Below, piece by piece: positions 13,763-22,309 of a DNA stretch of 30,598 nt (the first letter of the stretch is position 1; the number at the start of each line of letters is the position of its first letter). The position numbers were made by a program, and so were the translations under genes. This DNA is from a virus. Lineage: Duplodnaviria; Caudoviricetes. The notes beneath the pieces were generated by a model that saw only the letters and a program-made list of their open reading frames with translations, was not told where the DNA came from and did not search any database. Where the stretch lies: IMG/VR virus record IMGVR_UViG_3300033067_000698, positions 1 through 30,598 of that record; one strand, written 5' to 3'.

Positions 13763-14064
13763 GATATCTTTTTTACTGATAATACTGCCATTGCTTCATG
13801 TAATGCATATGGTGAAAATGCACAGGGAGAATGCTGATTAGATGTAATATAAGTAATCTCATAATACATATCTCTGCCAGTGTATTCTTTAGTTGTTGGA
13901 TTATATTCTCTTACCCAACAAATATCACCAACTTTATAATCACGATCCATAACCCTTAAATCGTGGGTTTTTGAACCATCAAAAAGAGGTTGAAATAATC
14001 CTACCCACGATTTCAATTCATGTTTATATTCTTGCATATTAACTCCAAATTTAACAAATGACAT
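13759..14064 (-). CDS. DUF3850 / ASCH (PUA-like) domain protein
   Basis: HELKSW..LFQPLFDGSKTHDLR..DRDYKVGD...REY......YTGR.....ITYIT. True start may be MQEYKH. Confidence 0.82.
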   Translation of the reverse strand: MSFVKFGVNMQEYKHELKSWVGLFQPLFDGSKTHDLRVMDRDYKVGDICWVREYNPTTKEYTGRDMYYEITYITSNQHSPCAFSPYALHEAMAVLSVKKIS

Positions 14065-14288
14065 TATACATCAACACCATTTTTCTGAATACGATAAATT
14101 AAATCAAAATTTGCTCGCAAGTAATCAGTATATAGCTTATCCAATTCATTAATAGTTTCTTCTGAAATTTTAATGTCATCATGGGGAAAATGTTTAAACA
14201 TTCTCCAATGATTTTTATCTAATGCATATTCTCTGAATTGCCTAAATGTATATTCTTCACCATCAATATTTTTAATTTTTTGTGCCAT
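14064..14288 (-). CDS. hypothetical protein (start at MAQKIK)
   Basis: ATG just after the stop of a small upstream ORF. Confidence 0.6.
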   Translation of the reverse strand: MAQKIKNIDGEEYTFRQFREYALDKNHWRMFKHFPHDDIKISEETINELDKLYTDYLRANFDLIYRIQKNGVDV

Positions 14289-14289
14289 A

Positions 14290-14415
14290 TTAAGAATCCA
14301 ACCATGAAAACCAAAAAAGTAATCCGAAGAAAAATGCTGCACCCGGCCAATTAATTAACATAGAAATTAGACAAAGCGATGCAGTAATCATCATTGAAAA
14401 CATGTTTTTATCCAT
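14290..14415 (-). CDS. 41-aa membrane peptide (not in ORF track)
   Basis: MDKNMFSMMITASLCLISMLINWPGAAFFFGLLFWFSWLDS*; TAATG coupling to the upstream gene. Confidence 0.6.
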   Translation of the reverse strand: MDKNMFSMMITASLCLISMLINWPGAAFFFGLLFWFSWLDS

Positions 14416-14765
14416 TAAAACTTACCTTCCATCGCTCTTGATGCTTCGGCGGCATCAACAGACAAAATGGTGTAAATAAAAACTTGACCAGTTTGTCTAT
14501 CAGCACAAGTAATAATAGATTCATTGTCATGGGTAATAAATTTCTTTCCCATTAGATGGCATAGCTTAAATGCATATGCAGAAGCCAATGGATTGGGATT
14601 TTTATTTATAGCCGAACGACTAGTTTCTGTTCTAGTAACATTACTAGGTTCATTTTTAGGTGACGGGCTCATAAGTACCACAAAAATAATAAAAATAAAA
14701 ATTCCGGCCAAGACACTCATAATAAATTTTAAAAAAAGATTGTCGGCATCTTCTTCATCAAACAT
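14415..14765 (-). CDS. membrane-anchored hypothetical protein
   Basis: N-terminal TM helix; GGAGATTATATTATG leader. Confidence 0.7.
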   Translation of the reverse strand: MFDEEDADNLFLKFIMSVLAGIFIFIIFVVLMSPSPKNEPSNVTRTETSRSAINKNPNPLASAYAFKLCHLMGKKFITHDNESIITCADRQTGQVFIYTILSVDAAEASRAMEGKF

Positions 14766-14779
14766 AATATAATCTCCTG

Positions 14780-15133
14780 TTAATTAAGTCTTGTTTCATA
14801 AAACTCAAACAAATCCATAACGCCACGCTTATTATTACAACCATGACACGTAACGACCCCATTGTCAAGTGATACTTCACCGCCATCTACTTTACATTTA
14901 ATATGTTCATATGTGGACCTACTTTTGTTTCTTTCATTTACCTCAACATAAGTAATTGTTCCACATACCGCACAACGATGATTTTGTCTTTCAGATAAAA
15001 TCGTGCGAATATAAATCTTCCAAGCTACTCTTTTAAGTATTTTTTTCTCAAATCCTTTTACATCTGGAAAATTTTTCTTAATCCATTTATCATCTGGTTT
15101 TTCATAAATGTAATTTGGAAGATTTAAAATCAT
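14780..15133 (-). CDS. HNH endonuclease (McrA-like, zinc-binding)
   Basis: QNHRCAVCG...TYEHIKCKVDGG.....NGVVTCHGCNNKRG. Confidence 0.88.
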   Translation of the reverse strand: MILNLPNYIYEKPDDKWIKKNFPDVKGFEKKILKRVAWKIYIRTILSERQNHRCAVCGTITYVEVNERNKSRSTYEHIKCKVDGGEVSLDNGVVTCHGCNNKRGVMDLFEFYETRLN

Positions 15134-15137
15134 AATA

Positions 15138-15536
15138 TTAAGCCGCGTCTTTTACATCAACTCTTTCATCAATATTTTCTTGTTTGCTAGCAAATTCAAC
15201 TAGTTTATCAGGATCAAGATGAGGATTGTAAATAGCTACGCCCTTATACTTAAACATTTCATCTACTTCATGTTCCATAGCAGCCCTAAAAGCCTTGTGG
15301 GCAGTTCTGACAATCTCGTTACGGCACATGTGTTCAGATAGATACCACTTGCGACCAGTCCAATCCATGGGATTGCCTGTATGCTGATCTACACCATTGG
15401 CATAAACTTGAACATAAGGACGGCCACCATTATTAGCCTTATCCTTGAAAATCATAAGTTTCCAATTTTCATGTTTATAATCAAAAGTAATATTACAAAC
15501 AATGTCAATCATTTCTTTAAAGGTAATCATTATCAA
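15138..15536 (-). CDS. conserved phage hypothetical protein
   Basis: WTGRKWYLSEHM...EIVRTA.KA...AMEHE..E.FKYKG.AIYNPH. Confidence 0.75.
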   Translation of the reverse strand: MIMITFKEMIDIVCNITFDYKHENWKLMIFKDKANNGGRPYVQVYANGVDQHTGNPMDWTGRKWYLSEHMCRNEIVRTAHKAFRAAMEHEVDEMFKYKGVAIYNPHLDPDKLVEFASKQENIDERVDVKDAA

Positions 15537-15819
15537 TCCTCTTTTTCATTGCATGACAAAAACCATAGTTATCAAAGATTTCTTCGACCACATAATTATC
15601 TTTATAATCTTTGACACTATCATTAAAATTTTTTAAACCACTTTCCGATAATCCTTTAGGGGGATCACGATCAGCATGGGGATTCCAATGATATGTTTCT
15701 ACAACAAGAGTCTTTTTATTTAAAACTCTCCATGTATTGGTAGGCTTTTTATTGTGTTCAAAAGAAATACAACGCCATGCTATACATGGTTTATCAATAT
15801 AAGGACAATGTTTAGCCAC
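15517..15819 (-). CDS. hypothetical protein
   Basis: GTG start, GGAGA RBS, CP....C...C motif. Confidence 0.65.
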   Translation of the reverse strand: MAKHCPYIDKPCIAWRCISFEHNKKPTNTWRVLNKKTLVVETYHWNPHADRDPPKGLSESGLKNFNDSVKDYKDNYVVEEIFDNYGFCHAMKKRIDNDYL

Positions 15820-15832
15820 TAGAATCTCCTAT

Positions 15833-15874
15833 AAAGAATGGGGGAACAGTAACATACCATTCCCCCACTGTCAA
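15833..15874 (-). promoter_or_regulatory. promoter-stem-loop element (terminator of the AAA gene plus promoter)
   Basis: TTGACA-N17-TACTGT inside TGGGGGAATGGTA-TGT-TACTGTTCCCCCA-TTCTTT. Confidence 0.8.
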
Positions 15875-15877
15875 CTA

Positions 15878-17044
15878 TCAGAAATCATAACCGACATATG
15901 ATTTTTTAGCATAAACCTTAAAGGTATATCCTTCTGATTCAAAGACCATTACTTTATTTTTCATCCCTACATAATGCTTTTCAGGATAAATATAAATTCT
16001 TTTACTTACATAATTTTTACGGTCTTGTGGTGAAAGATCATCATCAAGAAAATAATCTTCATCCTTTTCAGCATCAGTTTTTTCTCTCTTAATCCGTTCA
16101 GTGAACAAAATAGAAAACACAGAAACAGATTTAGGATTGGTTCCTGTGGATACAAAATTACCAACACCCTTTTTAATCACCACGCCTTCAGAATTATAAA
16201 CATCTGTTACCCAATCAGTTTCAGAAGTATTAATATTCATAATTTTAGCAGATTCCATTGGAGAAACATTCCAACGATTGGTTTCTTCAACCAATGCTTT
16301 AAGAATATCAAAATTAAAATCTGAAATCATTGAGAAAAGAGTCTGAATATCAGATAGATAATTTTTGTCTTTTAGATTATCTTCACAATATAGGGTCACA
16401 AATTCTTCTGTTAGACCAGAATATTTTAGACGATAAAAAATACGACCGGGCCTATTAAACATGTAAGAATTAATTGCCCATTCATCATTAGCAGTCAATA
16501 GAAATAGAGTTTGTGATGAGAATACCCCATCCAAAAGAGTTAGCAAACCATTTTGACTAGAAGTGTCTGCATCATCCTCCGAATCCATACGAGGCGCACC
16601 AGAATAGACCTTTTCAAATTCGTCAATAAAAACGATCTTTGGTTGTTTAATATAGGTCAAAAATTCTGAAAACGAATCACCAGAATAAGGAACGTTCATG
16701 ACAAGAGTCGGAATGTTATACCTGTTGGCAGCTTCAATGCACAAATGCTTGGCCTGTAGAGACTTACCAGAGCCTTTGTCACCTGTTAGAAGGATACCGG
16801 TTGTTGCCGGTCTATCCAGAAATGTCTTAAGGGCACGACTTGAAAATGTTTCAACATCACCATAAATTTTTACTGGCATGTCAAAATCATCAATAGCCTC
16901 TAGATAGAAGCCACCCATCATAGGATTAAATTTAATAAGATATGTTAGTGGTGGAAGCACTTCGATAACAGTTTTTGCGTCTGGTTTATGGACGAAAAAT
17001 TTATTGTCATATACGTCAAACATTATATAATATTTCCTTTTCAA
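15878..17044 (-). CDS. AAA+ family ATPase
   Basis: Walker A GDKGSGKS, Walker B IVFIDEFEK, LLTLLDG, LTAN, NRPGRI. Likely start is MFDVYD. Confidence 0.9.
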   Translation of the reverse strand: MKRKYYIMFDVYDNKFFVHKPDAKTVIEVLPPLTYLIKFNPMMGGFYLEAIDDFDMPVKIYGDVETFSSRALKTFLDRPATTGILLTGDKGSGKSLQAKHLCIEAANRYNIPTLVMNVPYSGDSFSEFLTYIKQPKIVFIDEFEKVYSGAPRMDSEDDADTSSQNGLLTLLDGVFSSQTLFLLTANDEWAINSYMFNRPGRIFYRLKYSGLTEEFVTLYCEDNLKDKNYLSDIQTLFSMISDFNFDILKALVEETNRWNVSPMESAKIMNINTSETDWVTDVYNSEGVVIKKGVGNFVSTGTNPKSVSVFSILFTERIKREKTDAEKDEDYFLDDDLSPQDRKNYVSKRIYIYPEKHYVGMKNKVMVFESEGYTFKVYAKKSYVGYDF

Positions 17045-17047
17045 TTA

Positions 17048-17182
17048 TTACATAAAATAGCTAGTTAGAAGTTGTTTCATGCTGTCAAAAGTAAGTATAA
17101 AAACAGCTAGAAGGGTAGAAAAAATTACAGCGACGGTAATCATAAAATTCCATCGCTGATTTGTAGTCATGTCATCTTTCAT
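17048..17182 (-). CDS. 44-aa membrane peptide (not in ORF track)
   Basis: MKDDMTTNQRWNFMITVAVIFSTLLAVFILTFDSMKQLLTSYFM*; GAGGA RBS. Confidence 0.55.
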   Translation of the reverse strand: MKDDMTTNQRWNFMITVAVIFSTLLAVFILTFDSMKQLLTSYFM

Positions 17183-17185
17183 AAT

Positions 17186-18307
17186 TTAAATCCTCATCAA
17201 TACACAGTTTTCGTTAATCCTATCAGGGATTTGAATCTTCTCTGTTGAGACAGTATCAAACACCTTTCGCGCCTGCACCTTACCACCATTCTTCACAATG
17301 TCAAGGACAGTTTCAGCTTTTCTACCAACTCTTTTAGCAATGCTACCCTTTTCATCATAATTAGTAATAGCAGTCCTATAAATGTCAAGACCTTTAGAAT
17401 CTTTGGCCTTAAACATAATTAGAATTTGATATTTTACATTAAATACCCACAATTCTTGGGCACCAATGATCTTAGAAGGATTAATTGAAACAATCTTGTT
17501 TTCTGTATCCTCTTGACAAAATTTAAAATGCTGCAACTTCTTATCAATAGTTACAGCCTTCTTTTTTCTAGGCTTACGAGTTGCTTGCTTAACCTTTTTT
17601 GTGTTATTAATAAAATCATCACAATCATCAATGATTGCTTGATATATATCAGCCTTTTCTTGCAATTCATCTTTGGAAATGTAAGCAAAAAATTCCTTCA
17701 ATTGAAGGTCATGGTCAGTTTTACCTTTCCATTTTTTATCTTTAGTTTCCAAACCATCAATCATTTCATCCCAAAAAGGAACAAAATAATCTCTAAGTTG
17801 TTCAGCCATTTTAATAGGAACATTATTATCAGTCAAATATTCATACATTGAAAAATCAGCATCTTGATCAATCAATTCTTCAATGTTTCCAATTAGCATT
17901 GACAGATTATCCATAGCACGTTGTTCTTTGGTGCGATGGATAACCAATTCCTTTGAATTTTCCTTAGCAGCTTCAAATTCAGAATGCTCTAGGAATGTAT
18001 ATGAACGCATGACACTTTCTTTAATAAAGTCATGATTATCAATTACATAACCATTAGCAATAATTCGAGCCATCCATGCCGCCGTAAGCGGAATGAATTT
18101 GTCCGAGATTTGGGCCAAGGTCTTAATCATCTTGGTATCATTAGCAAAATAAGATGCTAGATAATTTCTAGCATCCTTATAATCTTTCATGGAATTATAC
18201 CAATTCAATGTATGAATATATTCCATATGGGTTAGCTTATGACCATCAGCAAATTGTGGCTCATCACCATACAACTTTGCTTCAAGGGCCTTTTGGGAAA
18301 GCTTCAT
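17186..18307 (-). CDS. conserved T4-like phage hypothetical protein
   Basis: 373 aa with LNWYN, RKPRKKK, SINPSKIIGAQELWVFNVK and RINENCVLMR motifs. Confidence 0.8.
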   Translation of the reverse strand: MKLSQKALEAKLYGDEPQFADGHKLTHMEYIHTLNWYNSMKDYKDARNYLASYFANDTKMIKTLAQISDKFIPLTAAWMARIIANGYVIDNHDFIKESVMRSYTFLEHSEFEAAKENSKELVIHRTKEQRAMDNLSMLIGNIEELIDQDADFSMYEYLTDNNVPIKMAEQLRDYFVPFWDEMIDGLETKDKKWKGKTDHDLQLKEFFAYISKDELQEKADIYQAIIDDCDDFINNTKKVKQATRKPRKKKAVTIDKKLQHFKFCQEDTENKIVSINPSKIIGAQELWVFNVKYQILIMFKAKDSKGLDIYRTAITNYDEKGSIAKRVGRKAETVLDIVKNGGKVQARKVFDTVSTEKIQIPDRINENCVLMRI

Positions 18308-18663
18308 AAATTTCTTCCTGTCAATTCAGAGAAAAAGGATTTAAAGCGTCGTTCAGCATTTGAATCTGTGAACAACACCTTACCTTCTAACAGATCATAT
18401 ACCAACTCATTAGCACTGTCAACCCCATCCAAATATAGAATTATACCATCATTTCTAGATTCAATTTCAGAAACCATATCATCAGTTGATACATTGTTTA
18501 ATGTAAAATGATCATTATAATGATCAATTACTTCTTCTACACAATTATTTCTATCTATAATATCAAAAATTTCATAATCAGAAAGATTATCTATTTTATT
18601 TTTATATAAATCTAATTTTTCAATTATGTCTTCTAATTCAATAATTAATTTGGTTGTTGCCAT
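18304..18663 (-). CDS. acidic hypothetical protein
   Basis: 119 aa ORF overlapping neighbours. Confidence 0.65.
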   Translation of the reverse strand: MATTKLIIELEDIIEKLDLYKNKIDNLSDYEIFDIIDRNNCVEEVIDHYNDHFTLNNVSTDDMVSEIESRNDGIILYLDGVDSANELVYDLLEGKVLFTDSNAERRFKSFFSELTGRNL

Positions 18664-19301
18664 TCGAATATTTCCTTCACTTTATCTACAAATTTGGCCT
18701 TTTCATTAATGAAAATTTGACCAGTTATAGAACCATCAACTGCAATAATAGTAACAATTTGTGGAACCTCTATATCATACATTTCTTCAAGCATCAAGCC
18801 ATAACATGTTTTTTGTAAAAAATAATTTAAAATCCAACTTTCTTGTTTCATATTTCTTGATGTTTTAAAATCAATGATTGATTTAATACCATTAAATTTA
18901 CCAACTAAATCTGTTCGACCAGCAGTCTTATAATTATAAGAATATAATGGCAATTCAATTCCATAAATGTCTGTCAAACCTTTTTCTAAATATGGTTTAA
19001 TTTGGTTAAACATCATTAAATCAGGAGGCATTGCACCTTTTTTATAATCTAATCCATGTAAATAGTTTTCTGCTATATTATGTAATCTACTTCCTCTTAT
19101 CTTAGCAAAATTAGAAATCGCATCAGCTTTTTCATCACCAATGCGATTCCGCCAATCTATTAAGGCATCTTTGGGTAATTTTTCACCAAGAATAGTAGTT
19201 ACTGATTTTAATTTAATCCCATCGGGAGTAGTGTAAAATCTTTTTTCGTCTATTATCTCATCAGATAATTCAACGTATGGTAACAACTCATGATTATACA
19301 T
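18645..19301 (-). CDS. PD-(D/E)xK exonuclease
   Basis: SVTTIL, RGSRLH, E, AGRTDL, IIDFKTS and YFLQ..Y motifs; adjacent to phoH as in T4-like phages. Confidence 0.88.
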   Translation of the reverse strand: MYNHELLPYVELSDEIIDEKRFYTTPDGIKLKSVTTILGEKLPKDALIDWRNRIGDEKADAISNFAKIRGSRLHNIAENYLHGLDYKKGAMPPDLMMFNQIKPYLEKGLTDIYGIELPLYSYNYKTAGRTDLVGKFNGIKSIIDFKTSRNMKQESWILNYFLQKTCYGLMLEEMYDIEVPQIVTIIAVDGSITGQIFINEKAKFVDKVKEIFEWQQPN

Positions 19302-19311
19302 TATTATCCTT

Positions 19312-20055
19312 TTATAATTTTAATTGATCCTTTACAATCAAATAATCTTTCACGATACCTGATCTAACGATATCTTCTACACCAAATTCAACCATTTTAA
19401 ATGATTTCATTCTTTCAACAATTCGTAGAAAATCTTTTAGACCCGCTCTTTCTTGTTCTTTTGTTAAATCAGATTGTCTCATATCACCAGAGAAGATAAT
19501 TCTTGCATTTTTACCAATTCTAGTAATGATAGTATCTAATTCATGGAATGACATATTTTGTAATTCATCAACGATTATGATACAATTACTTAATGTAATA
19601 CCTCTTAGGTAAGAAGTGCTTACAAATTCAACAATTCCTTTTTGTTTTAATATTTCGTAAGCATCACCACGTTTAAACAATTCTGTGCAAATTGCTTGGT
19701 ATGGTGCTTCATATACCGCTGTTTTGTCTTTATCTTTGCCCGGTAAGAAACCAATATCTCTGGTTGGAACCGCGCTTCTAACTATATAAATTTTCTTATA
19801 ACCAGTTTCATAATGAAATATATCTTGTAGGGACAAATATAATGCTAAAAATGATTTACCTGTTCCCGCCATACCATGTAACAACATATTATAATTATTT
19901 TCATAGAAAGTAAAGGCAGATTGTTGATTTTTTGTTAACGGATTAAAATCGTATAATTCCAATTTTGACTTTTGTTCTGTGCTTCTTTCTCTTAGGGCAC
20001 GTCTTTCTTTTCTTGTTAATTTTTTAGTTACAGGTATTTCGATATTTGTTTGCAT
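19312..20055 (-). CDS. phoH: PhoH-family ATPase
   Basis: GMAGTGKS, RDIGFLPG, YLRGIT, DELQN, TRIG, GDMRQSD and DIVRSGIVK motifs. Confidence 0.95.
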   Translation of the reverse strand: MQTNIEIPVTKKLTRKERRALRERSTEQKSKLELYDFNPLTKNQQSAFTFYENNYNMLLHGMAGTGKSFLALYLSLQDIFHYETGYKKIYIVRSAVPTRDIGFLPGKDKDKTAVYEAPYQAICTELFKRGDAYEILKQKGIVEFVSTSYLRGITLSNCIIIVDELQNMSFHELDTIITRIGKNARIIFSGDMRQSDLTKEQERAGLKDFLRIVERMKSFKMVEFGVEDIVRSGIVKDYLIVKDQLKL

Positions 20056-20100
20056 ATGCTTAACCTTTGTTTATTTGTTAGAGTTATCAAAAGGTCATTA

Positions 20101-20331
20101 TTAAACGTCTATTGTTGATCCATGATTGCTTTTCTTAATGGTTTTCAACAAATTCGTAAATTCTTTATCTGGTTTTACCCTCCCATGTAATACTGGATCA
20201 CCTATAATTGGTGAAGTTACGGCTTGGTCATATTCTGGATTTTCTTTTAAGAAAGTGTCCCTTTCGGAAATGGAAAGGAACATTTCTTTTTCTTCACCAG
20301 TTTCTTTATGAAAAAATGTGTAATAAGGCAT
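20101..20331 (-). CDS. FmdB-like small regulatory protein
   Basis: MPYYTF...ISERDTFLKENP...F..LL..IKK; position upstream of phoH. Confidence 0.65.
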   Translation of the reverse strand: MPYYTFFHKETGEEKEMFLSISERDTFLKENPEYDQAVTSPIIGDPVLHGRVKPDKEFTNLLKTIKKSNHGSTIDV

Positions 20332-20576
20332 TATAATCCATTCTTCTTTTTATATTCTTCCCATTCTGATGCATATCCATATTCATAATAATTATCATCA
20401 GAATCGTCATAATAATCTTCATCTATATTTTCTTCTAATTCTAGAAGTTTATCAACATTCTTAGATTTAATTGCCGATTCTAAACGTTTTTCTTTCAAAT
20501 GTTCGGAATGATTGGAAATAAATCCGCCTTCTGAATCATCATCAAAATCATTGAAACGTCTTTTAGATTTGCTCAT
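20331..20576 (-). CDS. acidic hypothetical protein
   Basis: 81 aa. Confidence 0.65.
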   Translation of the reverse strand: MSKSKRRFNDFDDDSEGGFISNHSEHLKEKRLESAIKSKNVDKLLELEENIDEDYYDDSDDNYYEYGYASEWEEYKKKNGL

Positions 20577-21039
20577 CCTTCTTACCTTTTACTGGTTTTT
20601 TAACTTCTTCTATTGGTTCTGAAATTAGACCGGGAAATGTTTCCATAATAAAAGTTGGCGTCAAATTAGGAAACAACTTAGTGATATTCTTATCTTTAGC
20701 ATGTTCCAATAAAATTGCGTCTTGTGGATGGACAGATTCTAATAATTGAACCCATAATTGTTGAACCTTTTTTGGTTCCATGTTCATACCATTATTCTCA
20801 CAAAAAATGTATAAACGTCTAGCTTCACTATATAAGCGCCCATGCACATCAACAGCAACAGTAGGGTTATAAGGGGCAGGAATGTCTTTTGGTAGATTAG
20901 CTACCACATTTTTATCATAACCAAACTGTAATACTGTTGTAACTGGCGATGAAGATACTGATCTTAAATATTCTGATCTTTCTTCATCTACTTTTATAGC
21001 GTTAGCAGTTTTCAATAATTCATATATAGATAATTGCAT
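20563..21039 (-). CDS. conserved T4-like hypothetical protein (DUF6433-like)
   Basis: LP...PYNP...LYSEARRLYIF...QLLESVHPQDA.LL...KDK; follows rnh. Confidence 0.75.
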   Translation of the reverse strand: MQLSIYELLKTANAIKVDEERSEYLRSVSSSPVTTVLQFGYDKNVVANLPKDIPAPYNPTVAVDVHGRLYSEARRLYIFCENNGMNMEPKKVQQLWVQLLESVHPQDAILLEHAKDKNITKLFPNLTPTFIMETFPGLISEPIEEVKKPVKGKKDEQI

Positions 21040-21876
21040 TTAAAACTCCGAAATGTGTTCCATTAAATGTCTCAATTTAGCTTTAATAAAATAATTGAGC
21101 ATCTTTTGTCTTGTGTTAGGTTTATTCTCAAATTGTTCTAATATGGCCATAGATATATGTTCTGGTGTATTAGACAAATCGATTAATTGTTTATTTCTTT
21201 CATAATTACGTCTTAGTCTTTCAGACCATTCAAATGTGCCATCACGTAATGTTTCTAATTTCTTTTTTGTTAGTGGAGTTTGTCTAACTCCATCAGTTAT
21301 TAGAACATTATCATCAGATAAGAAATTAGGAATGCCGTCGCCACTATCACCACCATATATATGTTCTTCTAAAAACATTATTGGATCATCAACAACCAAC
21401 ATTTGTTTTTTAAATATTGGTGCATATTGTTTAACATGATCTAATTTGTGTAATTGACAAAAATCATCATCTTCTGAAATTATAAGGATTTGCTCATCTT
21501 TTTTATTGTAGCACAAAACTCCGATGATGTCATCAGCTTCTGCACCATCAACTTCGATAATTTTATATGGCATATTATCGCGCAATTCTTGTTTAATAAC
21601 AGAAATTACACTGAAAATTTTATCCCAATCAATTTTGGATTTATCTCTATCTTTTTTACGATTTGCTTTATATGGAGGGAAAATGTCTTTTCTCCATGAA
21701 CGCTTAGAGTCCATGGCTATGATTAATTCACCATATTCATTTTTAAATTTGTTGCGATATGATCTTAATGAATTTAAGACTAAATGTCTTACCATATCTT
21801 CATTCATTTCATTTGACATAGTTGCTTCTCTAAAAATATTAGAAAGCAATGTTTGTTGAAAATCAACTATTATAAT
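21040..21876 (-). CDS. rnh: T4-like RNase H / 5'-3' exonuclease, probable ATT start
   Basis: WRKDIFPPYKANR, EADDII, SEDDDFCQL, GDSGDGIPN and RNKQLIDL motifs. The N-terminal IIVDFQQ lies upstream of the track's TTG start. Confidence 0.93.
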   Translation of the reverse strand: MIIVDFQQTLLSNIFREATMSNEMNEDMVRHLVLNSLRSYRNKFKNEYGELIIAMDSKRSWRKDIFPPYKANRKKDRDKSKIDWDKIFSVISVIKQELRDNMPYKIIEVDGAEADDIIGVLCYNKKDEQILIISEDDDFCQLHKLDHVKQYAPIFKKQMLVVDDPIMFLEEHIYGGDSGDGIPNFLSDDNVLITDGVRQTPLTKKKLETLRDGTFEWSERLRRNYERNKQLIDLSNTPEHISMAILEQFENKPNTRQKMLNYFIKAKLRHLMEHISEF

Positions 21877-22262
21877 GTTACTTCTCCATCAGTTTGGTCG
21901 GAGGCTTCAATATCAGCTAATTTAACCATTAATGTATCAGCAATATAATATTCACCTTCAATACCATCTAGCATTGTTTCAGCTACTTGTTGGAATGGAT
22001 GAGATATACCATATTTTGCTAAACAAAATGATTTAATACTTTCTAACATAAAAGATGCTAATTTTTGACCTTCTTCATCATTTTCATCGGGACATTTAAA
22101 ACCTAATACACCCATCATTTGAAATAATTGATAAGATAATGCTTCAATCGTTTCATCTACATGATATCTATGCAATTCATCTATAGTGTCATCTACATCA
22201 TCTTTAGACATTGGTTTTACGGGCTTTAATGGAAATTCTATTAAATTATCTGTCATTAACAT
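21870..22262 (-). CDS. hypothetical protein
   Basis: NLIEFP N-terminus, HPFQ motif. Confidence 0.7.
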   Translation of the reverse strand: MLMTDNLIEFPLKPVKPMSKDDVDDTIDELHRYHVDETIEALSYQLFQMMGVLGFKCPDENDEEGQKLASFMLESIKSFCLAKYGISHPFQQVAETMLDGIEGEYYIADTLMVKLADIEASDQTDGEVTL

Positions 22263-22309
22263 TCCTTTTTATATGTGCCAGACTTTACTGACACATATAT
22301 TTATTCATT

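Noticed and set aside
14603-14610. TATAAATA late-promoter match
   Set aside because: Lies inside a coding region of AT-rich DNA and could be chance; unsupported without TSS data.
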